From: Spironucleus salmonicida
Taxonomy: Eukaryota
Length of the DNA: 64,000 nt
Assembly (NCBI RefSeq): GCF_000497125.1
Contig: NC_090596.1
Location: forward strand, 1,798,001 to 1,862,000
Direction of reading: 5' to 3'
Position numbers and translations under genes: made by a program. The notes under the pieces are model-generated. The model was not told the origin of the DNA. It saw only the letters and a list, made by a program, of their open reading frames with translations, and ran no database searches. Of this stretch, positions 26,631-40,779 are shown in pieces; position 1 is the stretch's first letter, and each line of letters opens with the position of its first letter.

Positions 26631-27716
26631 TCATTTCAACTAGCTTAAATCAAAACCAATACTACTAAATTCGTCAATAATTTATAGTTTGCGTGACATA
26701 TCTTATGCTATTAGTATATCAGTTTAATTCAACAAATTTTATCTTCGATATTATACTATATACCATTGTCTAAAAAATAACTTGAAATCACAGGTAAAAT
26801 AAAGCTGTAATGATTATAAAACAATTATATTCTCAATAGTAAAATTAACAGCTAAATCTTTTTAAATGAAATTTTATAATATAAAGCTTACTATCTATTT
26901 AAAAAATGTAGTATCTTAAGTTTAAATTTTTATTTATAAAAGGTTATTTCCAATTTATTATAAAGAAAGTTCTTTGAAATAGTTTCGATTTATAGTAGAT
27001 GCGATTTCAGTAATAATGTCTTTATTGAACAATTCTGAATCCCATTTGATAATTTAAAATATAAACTACTAAAATGAGCTTTCATCTATATTCAAATAAT
27101 ATTATTTTATCAGTTATGAGTACAAATCCTTATCCTCTTGTAGAAAAAGTGTAAAACATAACCTAAAGTTTTATTCAAAAAATTAAGGATATTCCTATAA
27201 AGTTGTTAAGAATAGCAGTTTAATTTAAGGTAATTTACTATGAATATTCTAAACAAAATAATATTTGATCAAGATATTATTTATTATAGGTGAAACTAAG
27301 CTCTTAATCGATTTATCTAGTAGTTATATTTAATATAATAAAGATTCTTCTTACTATATTTTTGCTTAAAAATCCTAATAAGAAAGCAAGTTCAACTGCT
27401 ATAATATCTTACTGTCAGTAATATTTTTTAGTAAAACAAGTTAATTTTTCTCAATAATTACCTATTCTAATAATTTTTAAGACAATACTAGCTATTTCTA
27501 AATATCACTAATTGGTGTGTACGCCTCTTATGCTTTACTAATTTATGATTACTTTTCTTCAAATATTTTTTTCAATGAGTAATAGTCATCAAACAATTCT
27601 TAACAATCATCGCATTTATTTTATTGAATTAAATCTGATACACTACATGTTTATGAATACTATCTGTAAATATTTTAAATCGATTATTGCTTAAATGCCG
27701 TGAATAAATCATTCAT
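26631..27716 (-). CDS. Hypothetical helical protein (361 aa), weakly COG8/Dor1-like
   Basis: TGA-free frame; N-terminal coiled coil; C-terminal EFSSIGFDLS recalls the Dor1-family S.VG.DF motif (weak). Confidence 0.55.
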
Positions 27717-27774
27717 TTATCCTTTATTATTTACTATATATTATTTATATTTATATTTTTGCTTTTCAAAATTT

Positions 27775-28584
27775 ATGAATTAAGAACAAGTATAGAGCTT
27801 GTAAAAGGAACTCGACTTCTATGTTTAGCAATTTTAAGAACTACTATCTCAACTAGAACTCCTTACAACACCAAGTACGGCTAAGAGAATCCAGCAAATA
27901 TTAACCACGGCACCATTACTCCAGCAAATTCATGCTAAGCTTGTAGATTTAGGCGTATGTGAAGCTTTCTGGCAAAATGCTGACCAATTAGCTTCAAAAT
28001 CAAGATAATTCAGACTTGATATTTATTCGCTGGTCCCCTTCATTATCCGAGTAGAAGGCGAAGAAAAGAACGCCAGGCTGCTGTAAACAATGGCTGAAAA
28101 TCTGTACAAGTGCTGCGCGAACGTCATCCAGTTCAAGCAACATTATGGACTCGATTTAGCAATGTAGAAATCGCAAATTCGGGAAATCGCTAAATCGCCT
28201 GGTGTCAGCGCATCGCGTTCGGGCGTATTTTAACATTCGATTAGCAATTCTGGAATTTCGTAATTTTCAGCTAAAAGGGCTGATAGGGCAGATGAAGTGA
28301 TCCAAAAGCAACTCCAAACGATGAAAATGAGCGGCCTTTTCGAGCAGAAGGAAGAGAAAAGGGATGATTCAATACTGCAGGCAAAATTTAATATACTTGA
28401 AAACGAGCTCAAACTAATTTAAAATAGGCTTTCTAAGGTAGAAAATGCGTAATGGCAAACAGGAAACACCGAAAATGAACTGGTTAATTTGATGCAGAAA
28501 ACAGGAGTCAAAGAACTAGTTTCGATTCTTTCAAGGAGTTAAAAATAGGAGCTACTAGTAGCTTTATTGGAAGAATAATAATGA
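27775..28584 (+). CDS. Hypothetical protein with coiled-coil segments (269 aa)
   Basis: TGA-free frame, MNQEQVQSLQKELDFYV... Confidence 0.7.
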
Positions 28585-28595
28585 ATTAAAAAATT

Positions 28596-29489
28596 TCACT
28601 TTTCCAAAAAACTTGAGCAGTTGTTGGGGGTAAGTTTTCTTGAAACCTTATTCAAATTATACTAGTAACAGTCAGGGCAGTTTTATGTTGCTTTAATACC
28701 GTTAAAATTTCGCTACATACATTTTGTGTTACTTTCTGGAGTTATTGTTGATGAAACATTGTGTTGTCTATCGAAATCGAAATTTGGATTATAGGTGCCT
28801 ACACCTGGTTTGAATTTCGTTTCTTTTAAATCAGCAAAGTTTCCAAAAGATGTTTATCTTCCATCATTTAAGTGGAGATTATGCACAATTTTACCAGTAC
28901 TCAGAGAGTCCGTTTTTGTTAAATATTTACCAGGCCCAGGGCCAAAATAGTTTTTATTCTCATCAAACGCTTTAATTTTTATTTATTTTGTTTATTTAGA
29001 TGAACTTAGCATATTATATTTATCTCTTGTGACATCATATTAACCAGGTCCAACCAATAAACCGTTTGTCTTAGAAAAATCTCTATTTTTATCATATCTT
29101 GAGGAGAGTGAAAATCCTGGGCAAGAATTAATCATCCCTAAGTTGTATTAGGCTACTGGTGTGTATGCTTATGGTCCAGGTGTTAATGATGTCGTAGCTG
29201 GAAGTCTAGTGTTAATAGGTTTAAGACTTTATGTAGTCTAAATATTAATCTTTTTCGTTTTAAATGATGGGACATGTTATGCTTATCTTTTACTTATTGA
29301 TTGTAAATCTGTTATTTAAAAACATGAATCCTATTTAATATTAAGTACTGAATTTTATAGCAGCATTAATTCACTATTAAGATTTATAGTAGGTGTACTA
29401 GATCTTAAAATAACTGAATTAATAGTACTCATTATTACTTCTTTATCATTCTATTCGTTAATTAGTAATTAAGAATGCGGTAAATTCAT
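28596..29489 (-). CDS. Sperm-tail PG-rich (SHIPPO/STPG) repeat axonemal protein (297 aa)
   Basis: Repeats TPGPQAY, VGPGQYD, GPGPGKY, PGVGTYNP; ends AAG-TGA. Confidence 0.8.
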
Positions 29490-29512
29490 TTTATATCTAT
29501 TATAATTATATA

Positions 29513-30712
29513 TCACTCATTAATATTAATAATTTATAAAACTTTTTTCGAAACTACTTCTCCTGCTTCGGTTAATTACGCATAAATTTCATCACCGAAG
29601 TTATACTTCCATACTATTTTGCCTAAAACTTAGACTGACATTTCTTCTAAATCTTTTTGCAATCTTCTTTAAGCCATACCCCCGTCCCAACCATATGCAC
29701 CTAAGACAAATCCTATTTTACCTTTCATTATTCCTAATTGCTTTAAAAAACTAACCCCTTCTACTACACCTGGCATTGCATCTCCATTAAGCGTTGGTGT
29801 AGCCAAAATAATACCAACACAATCTTATGCGTTTAATGCAAGCTTATCGAGTAGGTTATATTTCATATTTAACATTACTACTTCAATTCCATGTGATTTC
29901 AGCACTTTAGCTACTAAATCAACCGCTTTTTCTGTAGTTCCGTACATAGTTTCATATAATGCAATAAATTTAGGCTATTTTTAAATTGACCCAGTAAATT
30001 TGTAATATAATTAAGCAGATGAGTGCACATTTTCCTCTCCTACAGTTTAGGATCCATAATCTGGTAGTATTTATTAGAATTTCATCGATTCAAACCATGT
30101 TAAATATTATTTTAATTAATTTGGAACATGAGTAAATAAGTTTGAAACAAAATAAAGTTATTATTCATATAAAACTTCATAATTATCTATTTAATCTGCA
30201 GTATATTATGAAAATAAATCACCAGTAAAAACTATTTTATCATATTAGAGATAAATAGCCATTGAATCAGGCCATCTAAGTAAAGGTGTTTATTTAAATA
30301 GCAATATATTGTTACCGGTGTTTAGGGAGTAATTACTATCCACAATATCGTAGTATAAATTTTTATAAGAAGGTTTAAACGTAGTGATAGTCTCAAATGA
30401 TTTCCTATTTACCAATAATTATATTTATGGAAAGTTTATAAGAAAAATACTTAATGCACTCATAATAATAGGGTCGATTCTGTTTAAGATCAATGATTAA
30501 ATGAATTAGCCATTAGCTAGTTCTTTTACTTTTTTGATAAACAAATTCATAAACAAAGGGGGAGGAAGATTAATAAGACATATTGATTTATCTAAAAAAA
30601 TATATGAATTATAAGAGATTGCTTTACCACCATATAAATTGTAGATATTCTTCTGGTGGTAGTCTACTGACTAAATGCGATAAATCGTATCAGTAAATTT
30701 ATGTATATTCAT
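29513..30712 (-). CDS. Flavodiiron (A-type flavoprotein) homologue with degenerate diiron site (399 aa)
   Basis: SYNSY, TPLLRWPDSM, VFTGDLFS in the metallo-beta-lactamase domain; flavodoxin motifs YETMYGTTE, ATPTLNG, GAYGWDGG; ends GAG-TGA. Confidence 0.9.
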
Positions 30713-30754
30713 TTAGTAGTAATAAGTATAATATTATAATAAATATATATCATA

Positions 30755-31375
30755 ATGAAATATCATTACAAAATAACAGGCGTAACAGAGTTAATGTTTT
30801 ACTTAAATTATTAATACCTGAGTTTTATACCTAAAATTAATTCATTTTATCCTTCAGGTAACAAAACTAAACCTGTGATGATAAAAATGGAAAATGTATT
30901 AGATGCTTAATACCAATTTTTAGACATAAAATTAGGATGTCCTACATCTTCTCCATATTATAAATCATAATAATAGATTGAAAAAAATCGGTTTAAATGT
31001 TTATAAACTATTTAGGCTTAATAGTTTTTTCGTATTGTAAATTACAGTTATTAACATATTATTATTGGTAAATATGACTCTAGATATTTAAGTTATGAAT
31101 AAACATTATCTCTTATTAACTTATTTATTTCAAATAAACATATCCTAGGTACGATTATAAATTTATAAAATATGTTGTTAAAAATTAATAAAATTAATGG
31201 ATACTTTTTTGGTTCTAGTATACTTTTTTATACAATTTAAGATCATATATATGTAAAATTAATTGACTTCTAATAGTTTACTCCAATGAAACAAATAATC
31301 AATCCAAATGTATAAATTGGTATATATAATATAATTTAAATTTTAAAATAATTTTCTCATTGTTGCTTGGATTGA
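30755..31375 (+). CDS. Divergent inositol polyphosphate kinase (IPK family, 206 aa)
   Basis: MENVL, FLDIKLG (DxKxG), FFGSSILF (SSLL), VKLIDF in the canonical order. Confidence 0.75.
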
Positions 31376-34300
31376 TTTAATATTGATTATTATATTTACT
31401 GCTTCATTTCGCTTATTCTTTTGCTAACCAGATTATAAACATCTGTCAATTATGGATAGTTGTCCAAATTATCTTTTATAACTTGGAGACAATCTAATCC
31501 TTCTTAAAATAAAAATTATACTGAATGATAAAATATAGACATTTCTTGATCAATACCAATTACCAATTGTTTTAAATTAGGATACTTATAACGTAAAGTT
31601 TCGTCTTCCATTACCTAAATGTATTCATCAAAATTATTATTCATAAATATTTTTTCAGTTGTGAATATAGGTGTTTAGTCATTAAATTTTTAAAATAATA
31701 TTCCAGGGCCCATCTATACAGTAGGTACAAATATGCCAAAAAGTAATGATTACATTTAGTTAATTTATTATTCCTAAACTGGTGTAGATAAAGATGATCT
31801 TAAATTGTATAAATTGTTTGCTTATTCATATAAATTAATTGCTTATGTTATTCGTGGAGTAAAATATAATGTGAATTATTTAAATATTTATTCACGAATA
31901 ATATGTGAAGGTAGCGGCTAAAAAATCATGTAATATGTTACCAATTTTCCTGTAAAATTAGGTTCTTTCTACTAATTTTCAAAATAAGGTAGTTATGAGA
32001 TGAATACATGATTGTTTAATTATATTTTAAGGTTAAACACATGATTATATGCTGAAAAATTATTAACATAAGTATTTGATACTTGTTTCTGTGATTTTTG
32101 CTATATATGCGCTTGAGATTTAAAATAGTCTGAGAATTCTTTTATAACGTAATCAGATACGATAGCTGTTTATACTTAATTTTCTGTCTAGCTATAATAT
32201 TTAAATGGTTAAACTTCTTGTATAGAAATATAAAGAACGTCACCATATGTTTTTTTTCTTTCGATATAATTATCTGCCAAATTTAGACTTGTTTCAATGG
32301 TATTAGAATCTTCAATTTTTTCTTTTTTCTTTTGCTATTATAATATTATTTTTTTAACAAGGAATCTATTTTTATAATCAACTTCAGAAATAATTTAAAC
32401 AATTTTTTAAGGTAAAATTTTAATTCTTTATTATGTAAGGATATTTTTATAGTATTCTTAATAATAAATAGAAAGAAAATTTGAAATATCCGAGATTCGT
32501 TAATTTTATTGATAATGGTAAATATATTATTTATCATTAAATGAATCTGGTAAATATTAACCGTGTAATGAAATTAGATAAAAAAGGCCAATTAGACGTT
32601 GAGAATTATTAATAAAGGTTTTGTTAAGTGTATAGATTGCTAGTAATTATTTTGTTTCCTTTTTCTAAATAATTTCCGGTAAAGATTGATAATAATATAA
32701 TATCAAATCTTTAATTCCTTAATCTAACAAGAATACCAATTCATCTAATCCATAAATTTTAAATATTTTTTAAGATTGTTAAAGATAGTAAAGTACTTTT
32801 TCAAAAGCTTTTGGATCAGTATATTAAATATACACATCATTCTCTGTAATCTGTACTATGTTTTATGGAGTAATAGTCTAAATAATTTAATTAACAATAG
32901 GGTAAAAGCAGAATTAATTTTCTGTTATTAAATTTGTAATTTATCCAATTTATCCATAAGAGTATAAATATTAATTTAGTGGAATAGCATAATGATAAGA
33001 TATAAAGCTAGCCATCTAAAGGTAGCAATATGCTAGCTCGATTTGATAGTCATTTTCCTTCAATAATTTAAAAATACGTTCAAACATATCTTTCTTAAGT
33101 CCCACTTATTGCTCATATACTGTAATGCTTTTGAAATAACTTTCTAATAGCTTAGGGACATCGGTGTAATCCTTTTAATTAACTCGTACCGTAGCTTCAA
33201 GGGCTTATTTGAGACCTTCTTCAAAGCTAGATTTTAGTCTAATTACTATAGATGTTAACACATTATTGAAAGTTAGCTACAAATTATCTTCTCTGAGATC
33301 TATAGGTATAATAAGTCTTTCAAATTATTAAAATAAAATTTGTTGCTATTCTTTATCTGCAAATAACATTATTTTGTCTTACAATCTACTATTTGCATTA
33401 AAGAATGAGAGGTCTAATTTTGGAGAAGCTTATTTCATAACAACAAATTCAAATTCAATTGAACATTATATTAACTACAGAATACACGAAAAATCTTGTT
33501 AATGATGTTATACAAATAAATCCCATATTTATTTTTAAATACATGAAAATATATCTTAAAAACTAAGTCTAGTATTACCTCGAAAGTAATCAGCTGTTCT
33601 TTTATATATATCAGAGTATTATAATGATGAAGAGTTAAAAGATTTAGAAAGTTGGTCCCAACCACTAACCACCAAGATATTATTTTATTTTAATTATTTA
33701 CAGTCAATAAATTATCTGAAATTGTAATATAAAAGATTTGATATTTATAATTGAATGTCCAAATTAATTTATCTTAGTTTTAGCAATTAGGAAAAGCTTT
33801 GAAAATTAAGCCAAAGATCTCTAAATTCAATATTTTGTATTTATTAAAGATAATTTCTAAAGTAAAATATAAAATCTTATATTAAAATATTTGTCTCTGA
33901 TGTATCAATCATGAAATATAAGGAATTAATTTCTGGATGATATTAATTGTCCAAGTCTAACTAACACGGAAGAGTTTAAGATGATTTATTAGTTTCATTA
34001 TCAAAATTTGATTTTTAGTTAACAATTTTTTCGAGTTCTTATTCCTTAAAATAATTATATTTTTTTGTTGTTTAAACGCTTTAATTAGTACTTTCACAGT
34101 TTTATATATAATTATACTGCTTTAATTCAATTTTTGATAGATATAATTTTAAAGATGTAATTAATGGTAAATCTTAATGTACTTTTTTCTCTGTAACATA
34201 ATACTATAAAAAATTAATAATTTTACAATTGTCTTCTGACAATTAAATACAATCTGAGTCAATATCTATAACATTGGTTTAAAATAAGTCTATAATAATA

Positions 34301-37300
34301 TAAAAATCTTAAATTTAGAAATATTATATATTTTCTTTTTCAGTGTAGAAGTTATTAGTGAGAGAGAAATCTATAAAGAACACGATAAGCTTTTGGAAGA
34401 ACTTCTGGTCTGCGATAACGTTTTAGCTTATAGTCTCGCTGCTTTTTATGATGAAAACTAAGAACAGGTAAATATTTAGGTAAGCGTCCTTTGACAGGTA
34501 CGCAATCCCTATGTACTTGATTGTCGACTCAAGGAAGCTGAAGAAAGCGTTCATGAAATTGGTGAACTCGAGATTGAGCAGAAGACGGGGTGACACGTTA
34601 GTATCGTAATAAGTTTTCTACACCAGGTCGTTAAAAAATAGCGAGGTCAGAAACTGCTCCACCATCTGCGACTGATACAGCACAGCAGATTCCCGAGGCG
34701 ATGCAGGATCACGCAGCTAGTACTATACCAGCGCTTCCAGGATGGGGAAAAATATATAGGTGAAATGATTGTATGATTTGAGGATAATCTATGAATTAAT
34801 ATTTTCAAAACTCACAATAGGAGCATTGAATATTTTAATATATTTAGCGAGACTAAGGGAAAAGTAAGGTAATTAGTCCAATGAATCTCCTTCTGGGGTA
34901 TACACAAATTAACTAAAAAAGATAAACGAGAACTGATATAAATTAGAAAAAGACTATTATAAATCTATATCATTTTTGTGAGTGTCATCCAGTGAGAAAA
35001 TTAACTATGATTAATAAAGTAATGTCTAAATCATCTATTCTTGATATTACTAGATAGTAATACAGTATTATATAAGCTGAACTGTGAAATTAATCTATGA
35101 AATAATTGAATCTCTATTAAATTTTATAGTCTAGATAAATGATGCAAGACATCCTGGTTTAAATAAAAGTTACTATTAAACCTTCGTCGCAGATTCTTTT
35201 ACTTGGTTTAATATGCCTTAAATAGGATCTGTCTCTTTATCTACGGAAAAGATTCTATGAACATGCGAACTCTTCGTTGATCCATAATAAAGTTATAAAA
35301 AGCGATATGCTTAATTTTATTAAACTGACAATATCACATTTTCAGTACGTATTAGTTTCCCGATGCCTAGACATAGCTTCATATGCAGCAGATAAACATC
35401 TTTTTTCTGATTTGTATCTATAAACACTATCTTATCCAACAGACTAATATTATTAATAAGTAATATCATAAGACTAACTACAGACTAACTGAGTTGTGTT
35501 GTTAATTTTTTCTTCCCGTTAAGATATTGTTAAATTTACATAAGTATAGAATGGGTTGAATTAGAATATTCAAAAATAAACTTCTTTACAAGTTGCTAAC
35601 TATTTTAGGAACTTATGTATAATTACGAAAATAACATTGCATTGTTTAATAACTACTAGACTGATATGTATAGATCTGCCCGTTTACTAGATATGGAATA
35701 ATCACCTAGGTTACTAATATTGCTTGCTAGGTCAACACGAACTTTAATAACTGGAATAAATTTCTATGTAAGAGATGATTTTTGAATCCCAGGACTATTT
35801 TCCCAGTAACTAAGACCCAAACTTTGTACAATAATTACATCTTCTTCTCGTTTGAGATCTATAGTGAAGGGAAAATCCTTTTTATTTTTAAGACGAAGAT
35901 ATCCTATTCCAACTTTTCGAACTACTTTACTATCTTTTAAGTAGAGTAAATTTGGATCATTGACAAGAAAATTATCCGTATATGATTAATCAATCGATTG
36001 AGTATATTTAGCTACGCTGTCTGGTTCTGCAGATGAAAAAGATAAATGATATACTGTAAAAAGGATATGGTATTCATTTGATAAGATTACTGGTAAGTCA
36101 ATTTTGAAAGTATCACACAGACGTGATGACTTTTCATGATAGGTTGCGGATGACAGTTACGAAAAAAGTTTACCATCTGATGCTCGTGCACATATACTCT
36201 TAAGGTGCTCGTTTCCACGTTTAAACTCTACCTTTACAAGTATATTACGACATGAACTAGAAGATAGATTAGTAACATTAAGGGACAGGATCGAAAGGTA
36301 AAGATTATTAATAATATTTCTTATCTAGTGTGTAGATTAGTGTTCCAACTTACTATATACGTGAAGATATCGCGGGAAGTCCTACACTGAACCTTAGAAA
36401 TATAAATTAAGGGACTAGTATCTAGATTAAATTAAAAGCTTTTAAAGATTCTCTGATGATCTAAGCGAATTAAAAGGCGATATACTTGATGTAGGAAGAT
36501 ACTGTTCTTAAAACTAGGAATATAATTAAAATTACTGGATGCCATTCTTTAGAGATATGCTACCATCACTAAGAAAACACATATCAAACTAAAAATCTAA
36601 TGGTGCTGTTTTGATACTTTACCCTTTTTCTGCTTGTTCCTAGAACGTTGCAGTGATAAGATCATTTGCAACATTCTTCATTTTTGGCTTAAAAAATTAG
36701 AATGGTGCAGGTTGTTGCAGCTGTAATGGGAGGATAGTAATGAGTTCAGAAAGATTTGGAAAAAGGTGACTATATCCAATATACACTAACTGCCGTAGTA
36801 CCCCCACTTAATCGGTATTATCATACGATTCTAATATTAGATGATTCTATTCTGGCTCAAGATGATGTGTTTAATGGTCTATCAGGTCAAATGGAGACTA
36901 AAAACTAAATTTTTTGCAGATTTCAGGGAAATCCATGTTATCGAAAACCTCATAGAATGATTCTAAGTTACGCCCATAATCACGCTCTACAAAAGATACC
37001 ATATAAAGCTATTTAAGGTTTAACGCCTAGTCAATATCAATGACAAATGTTTGCTATTACTCAGTATGGTAGAACCACTCTGAAATTTATTTAAATTATC
37101 CCTATTCTTTGAAGAATATTGCAAATTTAATATAAAAATTTAAAAATGTATCTAGAGCAATTTACACTTTTCGTACTCGAAAACATATACTGAGGGGAGC
37201 ATTGAAACTTAACTAGTAGTCTTGATACTTATCGAATATAGATGTCTTGTTATTTATAATTATTTAACTAAGACACTTTCCTGAATGCATGATAGGAATA

Positions 37301-37491
37301 TCACTTATTTACTTTTATAGAAATGGTAAGATCTCACACGATGAAGGAGTTTTTCGTAAAGGAAGCTATTCTTATTTATACAAATAATCAGGATCATTAT
37401 ATTAATTATGTTAAAATGCTGAATACATTAACTCAGTTAGTAACTTACTAGAATTTAACATAACTTCATCTAATATTAGTGAATCTGACAT
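31357..37491 (-). CDS. DOCK-family Rho/Rac GEF (DOCK-C/D, zizimin-like; ~2044 aa)
   Basis: DHR-1/C2: SSATYHEKSSRLCDTFKIDLPVILSNEYHILFTVYHLS; DHR-2: RLIGLFYLISLHG, YISIQEVQPF, FGIFVPTVQMGP; single frame. Confidence 0.88.
34379..34755 (-). repeat. 377-bp inverted repeat, copy 1 (inside the DOCK CDS)
   Basis: Exact reverse complement of 47987-48363, checked line by line. Confidence 0.97.
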
Positions 37492-37683
37492 TTTATTCGA
37501 TATATAAGGGATTAATATATATTAAGAATTAATAAAAACTTCAAGTTATTTAATTAAAATTAAATATATATACCAAAATAAGATCTATAATAATTGTAAT
37601 ATGTATGATAATTATGAAATATGGAAATTTATTCTTATCTGGTCTTCATACATCTTTATAATAAATTAAATATAAATAAGATA

Positions 37684-40600
37684 TCACTTATTTGAATTCG
37701 TTAATAAATATTATTAATATACTTAGCTATGTTATAAAACAAATGGCTACATGAATGTAATTACATCTAAATTATCTTTTACTAGTTATTAGATTTCATT
37801 AGCATAATATGTGTGAATTAATAAGCAAATTATATTGTCATCAGATGGTTAATAGATTAACACAATAAAATACAGAACTTAAAATAACAATTTATCAGGT
37901 TTACATACTTAAGCTAAGGTCTTTGCTATTTATCCAGATAAATGATTAATTTAAGAGGTATACGTGACTAATAACACCAATGCTCCTAAATTTTGAGATT
38001 AATACTATGTGTACTTCTATAATAATTAATCAAATTCATCGCTTTATATTACTAATTACTTTTACAAAATTAACTACGTATAAAAAATATAAATATATTC
38101 ATTAGGAATCTATGAATTTACTTAAATTTAAACATTAATTAGATAATTTTATACATTACAATTCAGTTGCAATAATATATAGCAAAAAACACCCAAAAAT
38201 GATTAGTTCTATAGATCTCCATCTTATTACATAAAATTAGATATATATGTACTTACCTCAATTGTATGGGATATGTCAATAAATAATGTTTAAAGTCTTA
38301 TTTATCCTTAATATAACATGGATAATTATTCTTAACAAATTTCAGATTCAATGCCATAAGAAGAATATGACATGTACTTGTTAAATGACTTATTAACCAT
38401 TTAAATTAAATTAAATGTCCATTATAAAATACTTTATAAGTAAATTTCCTTAGATTCAAGCTAAGAAGTACCAGTAATGATAATTTAAAATGATGATAAA
38501 ATAGGTTCTAATTCGTTTACAGTTCTTCTAGTTTTAATATCCAAAGCTTAATTAAAAATATTAATAACACCATCTACTATCTAATTGTCATTAGTAGCAA
38601 TTAACATGCTGGCATAACATGAAGCTACATTTATAAATTAATATTACTTAATATAGTTAAATTTGTTAATCAGTTTCAGTGTTTATGTAACATGCTAACT
38701 AGACATTAATGGATTCTCAACGAACATATATTAAATAGCAGTAAACACAAGTTTCTATTACTTTAATATATACGAGTTGCATTTTTAATTTTCATCGAAA
38801 GTATTCTTTTCTTATTCAAATAATGGTGTATTGAGGGTATTAAAAAATTAAATAAATGATATGTCGACCTATGTTTAAGAAAACTAAGAAGCAAATTTAG
38901 TTAGCAATTATGTTATAGATATAATCAACGAATCAATAATTGAATGTAATTCATCAATACGTTCTTAAGCCAGTAAAGTAAATATACTATTTATAAATAT
39001 TTCAGTTTATGTTGAGTTAAACTAACATAAAAATAGCGATAATGATTCTATAACTTAGCCAAAATATTAGATAAAATCTTAATTTTAAGCTAAGGAGAAA
39101 ATCTGAGAATTGAAAGTAAAATATTCCTTAATATAATAGTCTAAATATATGTGAATCTAATCCTTATCTAACAATGATTAATCAATTAAAAGAGTTATGA
39201 TTTTAAGAATAGAATACTTAATCTGCAAGTTTTAATTTTAAGAAAAATGCTAAATTATTGTTTTGATAAACACTAATTTATCTTCAGTAATAGTACTATT
39301 GCTTTAAAGAATGTTATTCAAAAGAGTTAGAAAAGTAATTTAAACATATTAATCACATTAGATTATGTTCTCTATAACTAAAGTTAAAACATTGAATATA
39401 ATCTTGTTAATTTGTTAATTGTTTTCGGTCGAAACAATAATCGAATTAAAACTATAAAGAATCCAATATGCTTCTATTTACGTATTCATAGAAGATAGAA
39501 ATTCGACTAGTATATTTGCATATAATTCTTAATCAGAATCCAATTATTCTGTATAGAATAGTTATTTAATGATTTCTATTATTGAAATTCTAAATTTTAC
39601 GTCATTTTTATGTAACTAAATATAGTTATTTATAGTAGGTAGTGCTATTTCTTATATTTAACCTAAATACATTGAGAAAATACTATCAGATATTGTCTAA
39701 TAAGATGAATTTACGTCTATCTTTTAATATTTTTCAATATTATCCATATCATCTTCAGAAATATTATTAAGGCTGGGATAAATAATAGTTATAAGAAGCT
39801 TTTAAGAATATTCAAAATATTTTTCCTCCTAAAATAACGTATCAGACTAACTTATAACTGAGGAGCAGAGATTGATTCCAATAAGAAAAAGTTATTAGTC
39901 ATCATTGCTTTATGTTAGTATAAGTGTAATAAATTCAAATATTTGGTCAATATAATCTGAAAATAATTCTGGTATACATTCGATCATTTCAACAAAACAT
40001 TCAATAGTCTGCTTGAATGCATTACGATTTGAAAATGCAAAATTAGAAATTTTTTAAAGAATTTAAAATAATCCTGCTATAAATTATTATTATAAATCAT
40101 AATCAACACAGTCCTCGTCATCATTAGCATATTATGCACTCATAAGAATATTACTAATACCTAAGAATGCATAGGAATTTATTGTAGGATCTAAAGATTC
40201 ACATAGTACGGTAAGGTATTATAATATAAATGATTTAGTGTATCTCCATTTCGAATTTGTTAAGCTCCATATGATAATAGAAACGTCAGAAATCTTTGAA
40301 GTTGTCAAAGCTTAATCTATATATTGCAATAACAAATTTATATTTTAGTTGCATCTAATAAAATTAACAGCAATTTCGCCACAAAGATCAGCTAAAATTT
40401 TTGAGAACGAACGATTATTTGATAAAAGTTGCAAAATGATTATTAAAAATTATTAAGTGATATCTTTGTTTTAGCATCTATCAAAAAGAGAATCACCAGA
40501 CTTAATTAGCAGATTCTTCCTAATAATGGTGCAACAGAAGGCGATAACATCATCATCCCCAAGTTCAAAGAGTTTAATCATATTGACTAAATACTCATCA

Positions 40601-40710
40601 GGAAATTGGTCTAAATATTAAAAGTAAGTTGTAGTAGCTTATATTCTAAGTTCATTATCTTAAGATTTAATTATATTATTCATCATGTATTAAAAACTCC
40701 CGAAGTCCAT
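37684..40710 (-). CDS. Importin-beta/karyopherin family HEAT protein, paralogue A (~1008 aa)
   Basis: IBN-like N-terminus DNELRIQATTTYFQYLDQFPDEYLVNMI..FCCTIIRK..LADLCGEIA; ends AAG-TGA. Confidence 0.75.
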
Positions 40711-40779
40711 TAAAATGAAAACCTTATTGTTAAATTATTATATATTTAAATTTAAATCTCACTTTATTTTTCTTTTCTT

